Below are positions 10,565 through 19,355 of a stretch of 64,000 nucleotides of DNA, one piece after another. How positions within the stretch are numbered: position 1 is the first letter of the stretch; each line of letters starts with the position of its first letter. The position numbers and the translations under genes were made by a program. Where the stretch lies: contig OZ246001.1 of NCBI GenBank assembly GCA_965230295.1, positions 3,200,001 to 3,264,000 on the forward strand, in the 5' to 3' direction. This DNA is from Marinicella sp. (GTDB taxonomy: Bacteria > Pseudomonadota > Gammaproteobacteria > Xanthomonadales > Marinicellaceae). The notes under the pieces were generated by a model. It was not told where the DNA came from. It saw nothing but the letters and a program-made list of their open reading frames with translations, and made no database searches.

Positions 10565-10888
10565 ATTTCATTATCTCTTCTTTTGCTGGCTGGAGCCGGC
10601 CTGGATGGTAATCATATGATAATTTTTCATCTATTTTCCATGTTTTTTTCAGGATTTTATTTTCTGAATCCATTCAAATAGTACCCGAATATCCCAATGA
10701 TGATTGTGGCGCTCCTTGCTGTTTGTCAGATGATTTTGCTGTAGAGGTTCCGGCGGCCATATTCAGTCCATTTGTTACAGCGGTCACATTGTTGGTAAAT
10801 ATTAATAATTAAAATGATGCGTTCAGCATGAATGACATGCTTGGTGATTGATAGACACCATTGTCCATAAGCTTGGGAGGCTTGATAG

Positions 10889-13800
10889 ATGTTTTATAGG
10901 TCAAAAGTTTTTATATTGATGATCGGTTTGCTTGGGTTGCCTTTGCATGCATTTTCAGGAACAGCAGGCAATGACCTCATTCATAAGAATGGTTTTGAAC
11001 TGTTTCCCTTGAACTTTTTCAAAAGTGAAGTGCAGCCTAAATTGGATGCCGAATGTTCCAGTTGTCACGTTGGAGAACGTTTTGGCATCACGACCTTACA
11101 AAAATCAGGAGCGGTTTTTACCGATGAAGACACGGCTGTTAATTACCAACGATTTAAGTTGATGCTGTCATTGGATGAGCCAGTACAAAGTCGCTTGTTG
11201 GCCAAAGTCATCCCCAGTACAGATCCCCGTGCCATACCGCATGCCGGTGGTGAATTGATAAGCCTTGGTAGCGACATGTATCAATCCATAGTGGCGTGGG
11301 CAAACCTGGAAAAAAGCGTGGATTGTGCCAATTGTGGCACCACGGCAGACAAGGCGTACATAGCCTATTTAGACCAGCCTGCCTGGCATTGGGGGGTGAA
11401 CAGGATGCCTGTCAGGACTGATTGGGGTTTGAGGTCCGGTGCAAGAATCATGCTGCAGCAAGTCAACCCATCTTCTTTACAGCCCATCGGTGCACCGATA
11501 GATTTTTTGAATGGTTCTTTTTGTGGTTCTGATGGCATGTGTGATTTTGGGCGATCGTCAGCCAACCATGCAGGTGATCAATTGGTTTTCGAGTGTCGGG
11601 TCAATCCCGGTCAAGATGACATTCCTTGGTTGGATTTGAGTTGGAATATTTGTCTTGCTGAAATTGGTGCAGATGGTCATGCGGTTAACCCCAGATTTTT
11701 ACGCCCGGAAAGTGATCGGCATGTGGGTTGGTCGGTGTCCAGGATTGATCCTTTGGGTTTGTTTGACAGTGATGGCAGGGGTGTCAGGGGGTTGTATGAT
11801 GATCATGTGAGGATGCGCAAAAAGAACGATTTTTACCCCATTTTTTCACCTGATGATCAGCGCATTTATTTCAGCAGTCGATCAGCCGATCCTCGTTCAA
11901 GCGTTGGTGGTACCCGTGCATACCATGGATTTGAGCACACCAACAACATCATCTCTACCAACCTGCAAGGTGGTGATGCCAAAAGCATCTATCTGAACGA
12001 AGGCGGGACTGCTTTGGAGATGGCTTTTCTTAAAAATGGCAATTTGGCCGTCCATGTCTGGAACTTAGAGCGCATGGACCGGCACAGTTACATCCAAATG
12101 ACTGCCGATGGCATGATGGAATTGCCTGTGTTGTTTGGCCGGGTTCAAGGCCGCAACATGTGGGGGGATATCATGCAGTTAGCCAATGGACGAACCATTG
12201 GCATGACTGGTAGGAGGCGGGGCTCCATCAGCAACTTCTTGCCATTTTCGGCAGATCACACCACCGGTACTGGATTGGATCCTGTCTTTCCGGGATTTGA
12301 AATTCTTGATCCAGCCATCGATGCAGAAATGGATGACAGCTTTGCCTATTGTAGCAATCCGCCAGAAGGGCAGAACTGCCACACTTCGCGATTCTATGAC
12401 GACCCTTCTTATGCCCCCAATGGCACCGCTCTGATCACATACCACCCGAATAAAACCTACTATTCTAATGACGATGCAGCCGATGGTTTTTGGCAAAACT
12501 ATGGCGGTTCCATCCAAGCCATCATGCCTTATGTACCGGAACTGACTGTGGCATCGATTGATCACGCTGGTAACACCCAAGTACTGTTAACACCGCCCAC
12601 TGGTCGGGCCTTCAGATACCCAAGCTGGGTAGGGCGCATCCATCCACCAGCCATTCAAGCTGTGGTTACCGACGAAGCTCAAGACACTGCTGAATTACAT
12701 ATCGCCGACTTTCCGCTGTGGTTGTCTTTTGCGGTGAATAACTCTCAAAATAAAACCCATTTAATCAACCAGTTGGATTCAATTGTTGCGGTGCGGGTAT
12801 TGAGAAAGTCCATCGATGCCAATGCCTGTACCAGTGATGCTGAAACCATCCGTAAAAATGTCTGGACAGCCGTCTATGACCACCCAACCCATTTAGGCAT
12901 CAACAACGCCACGGGCTATACACGCCTTAAGGTGCCACAAGCGTTGGGTGGTGATGTCAATGGTGACATTCCATTGAATAATGACAAGTCCATCAGGTTG
13001 ACAGTACCTGCGGGGCAACTGTTGTTGTTCCAAGGCATTGATGCAGAAGGGTTTTTGGTTGAACAACATGACCGGGTGTTTGCTTTACCACCGGGTCACC
13101 GCATAGATTCGTCGGTAAAAAGAAGCCAATACAATGCACAATGTTCGGCTTGTCATGGGGCATTCAATGCACCTTTTACCAGCATTTTGGATTATGACCA
13201 ATTGGCCACAGGGATGGATTTCAACACCCAGGCCATCACATCCATTGATGTTACAGATGCCGCCACAGTGGAGGAAAAACTGACTTTCAAGAGTTTGTTC
13301 AGGCCGATCATCAATGACCGTTGTGTCAGTTGTCATGATGCGGCTGATCCTGAAGGGGACTTAACCCTGGTTGAAACCTATTCATTGACTGCAAACTATC
13401 CCATGCCAGGCAGCCAATGGGCCTCATCTGTTAATCAGAATTATGACAGTTTGGTACCGGTGGCTGAACGGGTTTACGGTTTTGCCTGGTCTGCTGCCAG
13501 AAACTACATCATCACCGAAGGCAGTGATTACATCAATGAATTCATCAACCCCACTGATCCGTACCAACCCATGGGAAATCTGGCGCCTTGGGACCCGGGT
13601 TATCAGGCACTGTTTTTACCTGATGTGAACGATGAGCTCAATTACCTCACTGATTACCCTTATCAATCGCATTTTGGTCGGGGTGGTGATTTTGCCAGAA
13701 CCAGTTTCTTATTGGAGGTTTTAACCGGGCAGGATCTGGATCCCAGAAAAGATTATGCGGGCAGTCATGACCACACCGGCATATTGAGTGAGCAAGAAAT

Positions 13801-13927
13801 CATTTCCTTAAAGGCTTTGATTGATAATGGTTTTCCGTACATGTCTCAATGTGATGACAAAGTGGTGACTGAAGGGATCAATACCGGTTTACCATGGGGG
13901 GATCCTGTAGAACAAGATCATTTATGA
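10889..13927 (+). CDS. Secreted tri-heme c-type cytochrome with beta-propeller and hydrazine synthase alpha (HzsA) middle-domain-like region
   Basis: CSSCH (11054-11068), CSACH (13142-13156) and CVSCH (13322-13336). PIFSPDDQRIYFSS is a WD40/PD40-like repeat. VPAGQLLLFQGIDAEG..LPPG precedes the second heme motif. Signal peptide and GGAGG RBS present. Confidence 0.8.
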   Translation: MFYRSKVFILMIGLLGLPLHAFSGTAGNDLIHKNGFELFPLNFFKSEVQPKLDAECSSCHVGERFGITTLQKSGAVFTDEDTAVNYQRFKLMLSLDEPVQSRLLAKVIPSTDPRAIPHAGGELISLGSDMYQSIVAWANLEKSVDCANCGTTADKAYIAYLDQPAWHWGVNRMPVRTDWGLRSGARIMLQQVNPSSLQPIGAPIDFLNGSFCGSDGMCDFGRSSANHAGDQLVFECRVNPGQDDIPWLDLSWNICLAEIGADGHAVNPRFLRPESDRHVGWSVSRIDPLGLFDSDGRGVRGLYDDHVRMRKKNDFYPIFSPDDQRIYFSSRSADPRSSVGGTRAYHGFEHTNNIISTNLQGGDAKSIYLNEGGTALEMAFLKNGNLAVHVWNLERMDRHSYIQMTADGMMELPVLFGRVQGRNMWGDIMQLANGRTIGMTGRRRGSISNFLPFSADHTTGTGLDPVFPGFEILDPAIDAEMDDSFAYCSNPPEGQNCHTSRFYDDPSYAPNGTALITYHPNKTYYSNDDAADGFWQNYGGSIQAIMPYVPELTVASIDHAGNTQVLLTPPTGRAFRYPSWVGRIHPPAIQAVVTDEAQDTAELHIADFPLWLSFAVNNSQNKTHLINQLDSIVAVRVLRKSIDANACTSDAETIRKNVWTAVYDHPTHLGINNATGYTRLKVPQALGGDVNGDIPLNNDKSIRLTVPAGQLLLFQGIDAEGFLVEQHDRVFALPPGHRIDSSVKRSQYNAQCSACHGAFNAPFTSILDYDQLATGMDFNTQAITSIDVTDAATVEEKLTFKSLFRPIINDRCVSCHDAADPEGDLTLVETYSLTANYPMPGSQWASSVNQNYDSLVPVAERVYGFAWSAARNYIITEGSDYINEFINPTDPYQPMGNLAPWDPGYQALFLPDVNDELNYLTDYPYQSHFGRGGDFARTSFLLEVLTGQDLDPRKDYAGSHDHTGILSEQEIISLKALIDNGFPYMSQCDDKVVTEGINTGLPWGDPVEQDHL

Positions 13928-13945
13928 AAACCAATTCAGTTGAAT

Positions 13946-14245
13946 AAGGAATGTTCTTGGGGCTTCATTCTGGTTCATGGTCTGACAGGTCTTCATATTT
14001 GCTGCGCAAATAAACCGACCTTTACAGACTATTGTCTGAGCAGTTGCTTCGCATTGCATGTCTGTTCCTGACAAAAGTGAAAACGACCACGGCGAACATA
14101 ACTTGCTACCTCGCACGAATAACGCCATTCACATAAGGCTTCTTGACTTCGTCAAATCGCCATATGTTCATTGGCTATTCTCTTCGCCTCTGATTCGCTA
14201 TGCTCACCAACCGGCTCGGCGGGTCAAGCTGCTCAGCAGCTTTCC
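13946..14245 (+). mobile_element. Modular structured intergenic element, copy A (300 bp)
   Basis: Begins AAGGAATGTTCTTGGGGCTTCATTC and ends AAGCTGCTCAGCAGCTTTCC. It shares the core with copies at 19160, 22890, 38060 and 60787 and carries inserts at 13971-14062 and 14117-14180. Mobility is inferred. Confidence 0.8.
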
Positions 14246-14287
14246 GGGGTGGTGCTGGCCACCCCATGTCTCATGATTGGTGGTAAG

Positions 14288-15604
14288 TCAAAATTCAGCC
14301 AGCCAATCCAAAACCACTCCACTGACGGCATCGGTCCACTTACCGGGTTTGCCGTCGAAAGAATCTTTGGCGGATTCATGGATACTTTCCCAATGGTCTA
14401 ATCCGGGGTGTTTATACAGCACATGATCTTGATGACCGGCGGCTTTGAGGATTTCAATGATCAGGTCATTGTCTGCTTCACTCATGATCCAGTCATTGGT
14501 ACCCCAGCGTATGCGGGCGGGAACCTTCAATTGTTCCCATTCCCCAGCCACATCGAAGTGTTGTAGTTGTTGGTAATACTTCATGGGTCTGCCGTACATG
14601 TGCTCAGGGCTGTGATAATTATCCGCAGCGATGGCTGGGTAGGTATCGATCACATCCTGGTAGCTTTTCCTTTCGATCAACATACCATGGTAGAGTGGAA
14701 TGTATGATTGGTTCACCTTTTGGGTGATCTCGCTTTGACTGAAACCTTTGAAAGCCAAAATCCTGCGCTCAATTTCCAACATGTGCTCATACCAGCTTTT
14801 GACAAAAGTGCCGTCAGAAACCACAGCAGCGAAATCAAATTTATTGGCAATATGGGGTGCCAGGGCAGATCCCATTGAACTACCATAAACCACAATGCGT
14901 TCCGGGTCGACATAGGGCAGTGTTTTCAACAATTCAGCTGCGGTGTGGTAGCCATTCAATTCGGTTTTGAAATCAGTGCGTGAGCAGTTGCCTTCTGAGT
15001 CCCCCAATCCTGGTTTCTCGATCCGAAGCACCACTTTGTTACTCTTGGTAACGATTTCCCGAATCATGCGGGTGAAAGGCGTGATGCGGTTGGGGTTGAT
15101 CTCGATGCTGGAACAACTCAGTCCTTGTAACAGCATGATGGCGGGTTGCCTCTCTGTCGTGTTCTCAGGACGGGTGATGATCACCCGCTGACGAATACCA
15201 TAGTCACTGGTGATGTGGGTGTAAGTGGTTTCAATGCCGTCATGGGTCTCTTGGGGCTGGGCTTTAAAACGAACAGTGATCGTTTTGCTTTCAAGACCGC
15301 GTTTGTAGGTGAGCTTGTATGGTTTTTTGGCCACCAATGCATCAGTCAAATCGCGCCAGTCCTCAGGCCTTAAAATCGGTTGGCCATTGACAGCGATGAT
15401 GTGGTCTTGGGCTTGTAAGCCCGCTTTTGCCAAGGGTGTATTGGGTTCAAGTGTACGGATGATCATGCCCGCGGTGTTCGTTTCCGGGAATTGGAACCGG
15501 GCTTCCCAGCTGGCGCGCCTGGGTAAATCATCGGCCAAAATGTGTGCCGTGAATGTCAAAAGCCAAATCAATGTCATCAGTGTCAATACAGGTCGTGTTT
15601 TCAT
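14288..15604 (-). CDS. Secreted PDZ-domain alpha/beta hydrolase (peptidase-like)
   Basis: Signal peptide, PDZ segment (PLAKAGLQAQDHIIAVNG), nucleophile elbow GSSMG, and candidate triad residues Asp (GTNDW) and His (GLDHW). Confidence 0.88.
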   Translation of the reverse strand: MKTRPVLTLMTLIWLLTFTAHILADDLPRRASWEARFQFPETNTAGMIIRTLEPNTPLAKAGLQAQDHIIAVNGQPILRPEDWRDLTDALVAKKPYKLTYKRGLESKTITVRFKAQPQETHDGIETTYTHITSDYGIRQRVIITRPENTTERQPAIMLLQGLSCSSIEINPNRITPFTRMIREIVTKSNKVVLRIEKPGLGDSEGNCSRTDFKTELNGYHTAAELLKTLPYVDPERIVVYGSSMGSALAPHIANKFDFAAVVSDGTFVKSWYEHMLEIERRILAFKGFSQSEITQKVNQSYIPLYHGMLIERKSYQDVIDTYPAIAADNYHSPEHMYGRPMKYYQQLQHFDVAGEWEQLKVPARIRWGTNDWIMSEADNDLIIEILKAAGHQDHVLYKHPGLDHWESIHESAKDSFDGKPGKWTDAVSGVVLDWLAEF

Positions 15605-15707
15605 CTCTTATCTCGTATTGAAAATGAGATATACTAAGCAAACCGCGATGCGGTGAAGCTGATTTATGACGAAACTCAACCTTGACGATGCCAAAAGCCG
15701 ATAATTC

Positions 15708-16493
15708 ATGATGACCATTCCGCTGCTAAAACTAGATCTGAAGCGCACCTACTCAAATTACTACCTGTTCAACTCAAGAATCCTCACTCATGTGGTTTTT
15801 TGGTTGACTTACTATGTCTGTTTTTCTGTGATTTGGTCAGGCCGATATGGCTTGTATGGATCGTTCTACCTGGAGTTTATTTTATTACCGATGCGGATTG
15901 CCGCTACTTATTTGGTCATGTATTGGGCCATGCCCCGTTTTTTATTACCGGCCAAGTTGCTCAGTTTTTTATTGAGCCTGTGTGGTATTTTATTGATATG
16001 TGGGATCTTCCAAAGGCTGTCGATTTACTTTTTTTATGAGGAATTTCTCGACATCACGCAAAGCGCTTTGTTCAGCCCTCAAGCCATGTTCAGGGCCATT
16101 TTGTTGATCAACACCACAGTGATGTTGGCGATGACCATTAAATTTTACGGCCTCTATCAAGAACTCAGACGCCAAGGTGGCAAAGAAACCGTGAAGATGA
16201 TTGAACTGAAATCAGAGCGCCGCATGCACCTCATTCACCCGGATGACATCACCCACATTCAGGGCTTGGGCAATTACATCACCATCCACCTCAATGATGA
16301 TCAGGAGTTGACCAGTTACATCACTTTGAAAAACATCATGGCGCAATTGCCCGATCATTTTCTCAGGGTCCACAAATCCCACATCATCAACAAGAAACAC
16401 CTCAAGTCCTACAACAATGAAGACCTACAAATCGGCCAAAAGACGATTCCTCGTGGCAAAGACATCAAGGATGAAGATTTGAAAATCCGTTAG
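15708..16493 (+). CDS. Membrane-anchored LytTR-domain transcriptional regulator
   Basis: About four N-terminal hydrophobic helices followed by a LytTR domain (ITHIQGLGNY..FLRVHKSHIIN). Confidence 0.88.
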   Translation: MMTIPLLKLDLKRTYSNYYLFNSRILTHVVFWLTYYVCFSVIWSGRYGLYGSFYLEFILLPMRIAATYLVMYWAMPRFLLPAKLLSFLLSLCGILLICGIFQRLSIYFFYEEFLDITQSALFSPQAMFRAILLINTTVMLAMTIKFYGLYQELRRQGGKETVKMIELKSERRMHLIHPDDITHIQGLGNYITIHLNDDQELTSYITLKNIMAQLPDHFLRVHKSHIINKKHLKSYNNEDLQIGQKTIPRGKDIKDEDLKIR

Positions 16494-16507
16494 CCACCAT
16501 TGTTTTT

Positions 16508-16545
16508 GGGCCTGTTAACACTGTTTGCATCGTGTTAACAGGCCC
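16508..16545. terminator. 14-bp perfect inverted repeat between convergent genes
   Basis: GGGCCTGTTAACAC-N10-GTGTTAACAGGCCC. No long U-tract follows, so a terminator role is uncertain. Confidence 0.5.
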
Positions 16546-16550
16546 TGGTT

Positions 16551-17153
16551 TCAGTCATAGATTCTGATGATCTGGCCGTTGTCCCGGCCTTGGACACTTC
16601 GGACATAGCCATTGACCACTTTTACCATGGGGATGGGGTTATGGCCCGGGAAGAAATCCCGGTATTTTTCATAAGCATCTGCAACCACGCCTGATGACAC
16701 CACATTGACTCTGATGTTGTTGTCCAACTCCAATGACACGGCCTTGACAAAACTATGGATCGCCCCATTGACCATGGCGGCACTGGTGGTCATTAAAACA
16801 GGGTCATCTGCCAAAATGCCGGTTGTCAGGGTTAGCGAGCCATTTGGGTTCAGGAAATTTTGTCCGATTCTGACCAAGTTGACTTGTCCCATCAATTTAC
16901 TGTTGATCCCGATGTGAAAATCGGCTTCTGTGAGGTTGTTAAAGCGATCCCACTTGGCTTCGCCAGCAATGCCTATGATGGCATCAACCTGGCCAACTTG
17001 ATTGAACATGTTCTTGATGGATTCACTGTTTGAAATATCAACTGTATATTCCGAGCCGGTTCGGCCAGCAATCAAAACTTCATGATTTTGTTTGAAATGA
17101 GCGGTGACTTTTTTGCCAATGGTTCCATGGCCTCCAATGATCAATATCTTCAT
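16551..17153 (-). CDS. Short-chain dehydrogenase/reductase
   Basis: MKILIIGGHGTIG Rossmann motif, plus SKLMGQVNLV and IRVNVVSSG. Confidence 0.92.
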   Translation of the reverse strand: MKILIIGGHGTIGKKVTAHFKQNHEVLIAGRTGSEYTVDISNSESIKNMFNQVGQVDAIIGIAGEAKWDRFNNLTEADFHIGINSKLMGQVNLVRIGQNFLNPNGSLTLTTGILADDPVLMTTSAAMVNGAIHSFVKAVSLELDNNIRVNVVSSGVVADAYEKYRDFFPGHNPIPMVKVVNGYVRSVQGRDNGQIIRIYD

Positions 17154-17593
17154 GTTAATGCCTTTAAAGTGTGTTCAAAATGATAACCAATGATGCCGAA
17201 GCCATGGTTGAAATAAAATTTATGCGATGGGGTGTTTTGTACATATGTATTGAGCCCGATGGCGGTGAAATTTTTCTGTGCTGACCATTGTTTAATGGCA
17301 TTCATGAAAAAAGCCCCCAGACCTTTTGATTGATGATTTGGATCAATCACGACATTGTCTATTTCAAGTTGTTTGCCACAATAGATTCTGACTGTGATCC
17401 AGCCACTGGAAATGCCAACCATTTTGTTATCTAGGAACAAGCCAAAACAGGTGTAGTTGGGCATGTCTGCCATGGCACTCAGGTGGTTTTCTATGAGATT
17501 TGGTGACATCGAAGGGTTCAGATGCTGAAGCAAATACAGGGCTGTTTTTTTGTGGTCTATCGGGTTGATGACACAAAATTGGGGATCATTCAT
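17150..17593 (-). CDS. GNAT family N-acetyltransferase
   Basis: VVIDPNHQSKGLG acetyl-CoA motif and NTPSHKFY..GF. The stop overlaps the SDR start. Confidence 0.92.
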   Translation of the reverse strand: MNDPQFCVINPIDHKKTALYLLQHLNPSMSPNLIENHLSAMADMPNYTCFGLFLDNKMVGISSGWITVRIYCGKQLEIDNVVIDPNHQSKGLGAFFMNAIKQWSAQKNFTAIGLNTYVQNTPSHKFYFNHGFGIIGYHFEHTLKALT

Positions 17594-17605
17594 GGTTGTT
17601 TATAA

Positions 17606-17630
17606 ATATACATATCGAAATATGTAGATA
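17606..17630. promoter_or_regulatory. Palindromic operator candidate for the adjacent ArsR regulator
   Basis: TACATAT-CGAA-ATATGTA (17609-17626) lies in the 50-bp gap upstream of the GNAT-SDR genes. Confidence 0.5.
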
Positions 17631-17643
17631 TGATGAATTAAAA

Positions 17644-17952
17644 TTACTGATTTGTCAAGAACCGGGCATAGGTTTCAATCAATTGTTCATTTCTTTTGAG
17701 GTATGTCCACTTACCGTGCCTGGTTGAAATGAGTAAACCACACTTTTCCATGTTGCTCAGGTAAGTTGAAATGGTGGACTGCGACAGGCCTGATTTTTCC
17801 TGGATAAAGGTGACACAGACACCGTCATCAAAGTGGTTGATGGCTTGGTGTGGTGGGAAGTTCTTTTCTGGTTCCTTCAACCACTCCATAATACGCAACC
17901 GTGCATGGTTAGATAAGCATTTTCCAATTTCTGTGGCGGTCTTTAAGTCCAT
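17644..17952 (-). CDS. ArsR/SmtB family transcriptional regulator
   Basis: LSNHARLRIMEWL, GVCV, GLSQSTISTYL and RHGKWTY winged-HTH pattern. Confidence 0.92.
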   Translation of the reverse strand: MDLKTATEIGKCLSNHARLRIMEWLKEPEKNFPPHQAINHFDDGVCVTFIQEKSGLSQSTISTYLSNMEKCGLLISTRHGKWTYLKRNEQLIETYARFLTNQ

Positions 17953-18171
17953 GGTTTATATCTTGTTACTTGGTTTGTTATGAATCAAGTGTGGTGTGAA
18001 TGACATTATTCAAGTTCAATCACAGTGATGGTAAACATGATACCACAAGCTCATCCAATCAATGGAATCAGAGGGTTTAGACTCAGATCCAATAATTCCA
18101 TCTGAAAATCAATGTTGAAGCAATCAATGGTGATTTAAAACGATTGTCCTCAATAGAAAAGTGAAGCCGGT

Positions 18172-19050
18172 TCAGTTGGCATCGTTCAGTGCGGGATAGA
18201 GGTGGAGCAGGCAGCCTTTACCGGCAAAAGTCAGCTGGTACTTGGGTTCGGGGCCGTTGGGGTCGGTGTTTTCCAGAACACCTTTCTCGACCAGATAGTC
18301 AAACAAGGTTTTGGACAACTGTTTGGCTTTGAGCTTGGCAGTGATTTCCAGACGACTGGCGACCCCTTTGGCCATGTAAACGGCTTTCAGGATCCGTGCA
18401 TCTGTTTCTGACAATTCAGGCATGGGTCCGGTGTATTCGGGGTACTGTAATTCAGGGTATTTACCTTGGATTTTCTTATAAGATTCCTGGATGGAGCGGA
18501 TGTCGTCTTCTTTGTTATCAGTTAGGTGATAGGTATGAAAGACGCCTGATTGTTTGTTCTTGAAGTCGACCTTTGCCAGGAAGATGGGCAATTCAGTGCC
18601 TTTGGCCAAATGATAGAAGCCGGTTTTCCAGCGTTCGGTTTTGCCACGTGTGCCTTCAGGCGTAACCAGAAAAAAGATCTGGCGTGACTTGTGTTTTTCC
18701 ACAAACCGAGTGATCTTGCCGATTTGACCTTGGGCTCCGCCCTTGCGGTTGATCGGAATGGCTCCCAGCCACATCATGATGCGACCAATGATCGGCTTGC
18801 GACACCAGCTTTCTTTGATCGAAAAGTATATTTTGATGTCCAGGATGATGGCAGCTCCCATGGCATAGATGACATCCCAGTTGGAGGTGTGTGGTGCTGC
18901 AATCGTGATGCCAGCCCCTTTGTATCCGGCATCTATGACTTGCCAGCCGGCGATTTTGAACCATACTTTGAAGATGAGTTTCAGGAAGTATTTTCCAATG
19001 ATGCCATCAAAGATGGTTTTATCGCGAATTTCGAGTGAACTGTTTGCCAT
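18172..19050 (-). CDS. PlsC-like 1-acyl-sn-glycerol-3-phosphate acyltransferase with C-terminal winged-helix-like extension
   Basis: APHTSNWD (HxxxxD), PEGTRG and WKTGFYHLA, followed by an extra ~80-aa tail. Confidence 0.88.
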   Translation of the reverse strand: MANSSLEIRDKTIFDGIIGKYFLKLIFKVWFKIAGWQVIDAGYKGAGITIAAPHTSNWDVIYAMGAAIILDIKIYFSIKESWCRKPIIGRIMMWLGAIPINRKGGAQGQIGKITRFVEKHKSRQIFFLVTPEGTRGKTERWKTGFYHLAKGTELPIFLAKVDFKNKQSGVFHTYHLTDNKEDDIRSIQESYKKIQGKYPELQYPEYTGPMPELSETDARILKAVYMAKGVASRLEITAKLKAKQLSKTLFDYLVEKGVLENTDPNGPEPKYQLTFAGKGCLLHLYPALNDAN

Positions 19051-19159
19051 TGAAGTGCCTGTGTTTGGATTTTATTGATTGTGTCAGTCATTATATGGGC
19101 ACAATTCAGAAGAAAAAGTGAAATTTTGTGGCAGGATGCCATTGGGTTCATTGAATGAA

Positions 19160-19310
19160 AAGGAATGTCCTTGGGACTTCATTCACTTTTGTTTTCTACA
19201 AAAGTGAAAGCGGCCACGGCGGACATGACTTACTACTTCGGGCTTGCACTCTCTGGCTCAGCGAGGCTTCGCCAACCAAGTGCGCCAGTCGAACTGTTCC
19301 ACAGTTCTCC
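19160..19310 (+). mobile_element. Modular intergenic element, copy B (151-bp core without inserts, subfamily 2)
   Basis: AAGGAATGTCCTTGGGACTTCATTCACTTTTGT..ACAAAAGTGAA...GAACTGTTCCACAGTTCTCC. Near-identical to 60787-60937. Confidence 0.8.
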
Positions 19311-19355
19311 TTGGCTGCTTGTGGCTATGACATGGACTGAAGTCCACGCTCCGAT

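Noticed and set aside
10889-13927. Anammox hydrazine synthase
   Set aside because: There are no beta/gamma subunit genes or other anammox context. Only the architecture is similar.
13922-14401. Short ORFs 13922..14128, 14058..14276 and 14171..14401, and the similar 38000..38377
   Set aside because: They overlap the repeat element. Their shared peptide sequence reflects the DNA repeat, and the frames are not preserved between copies.
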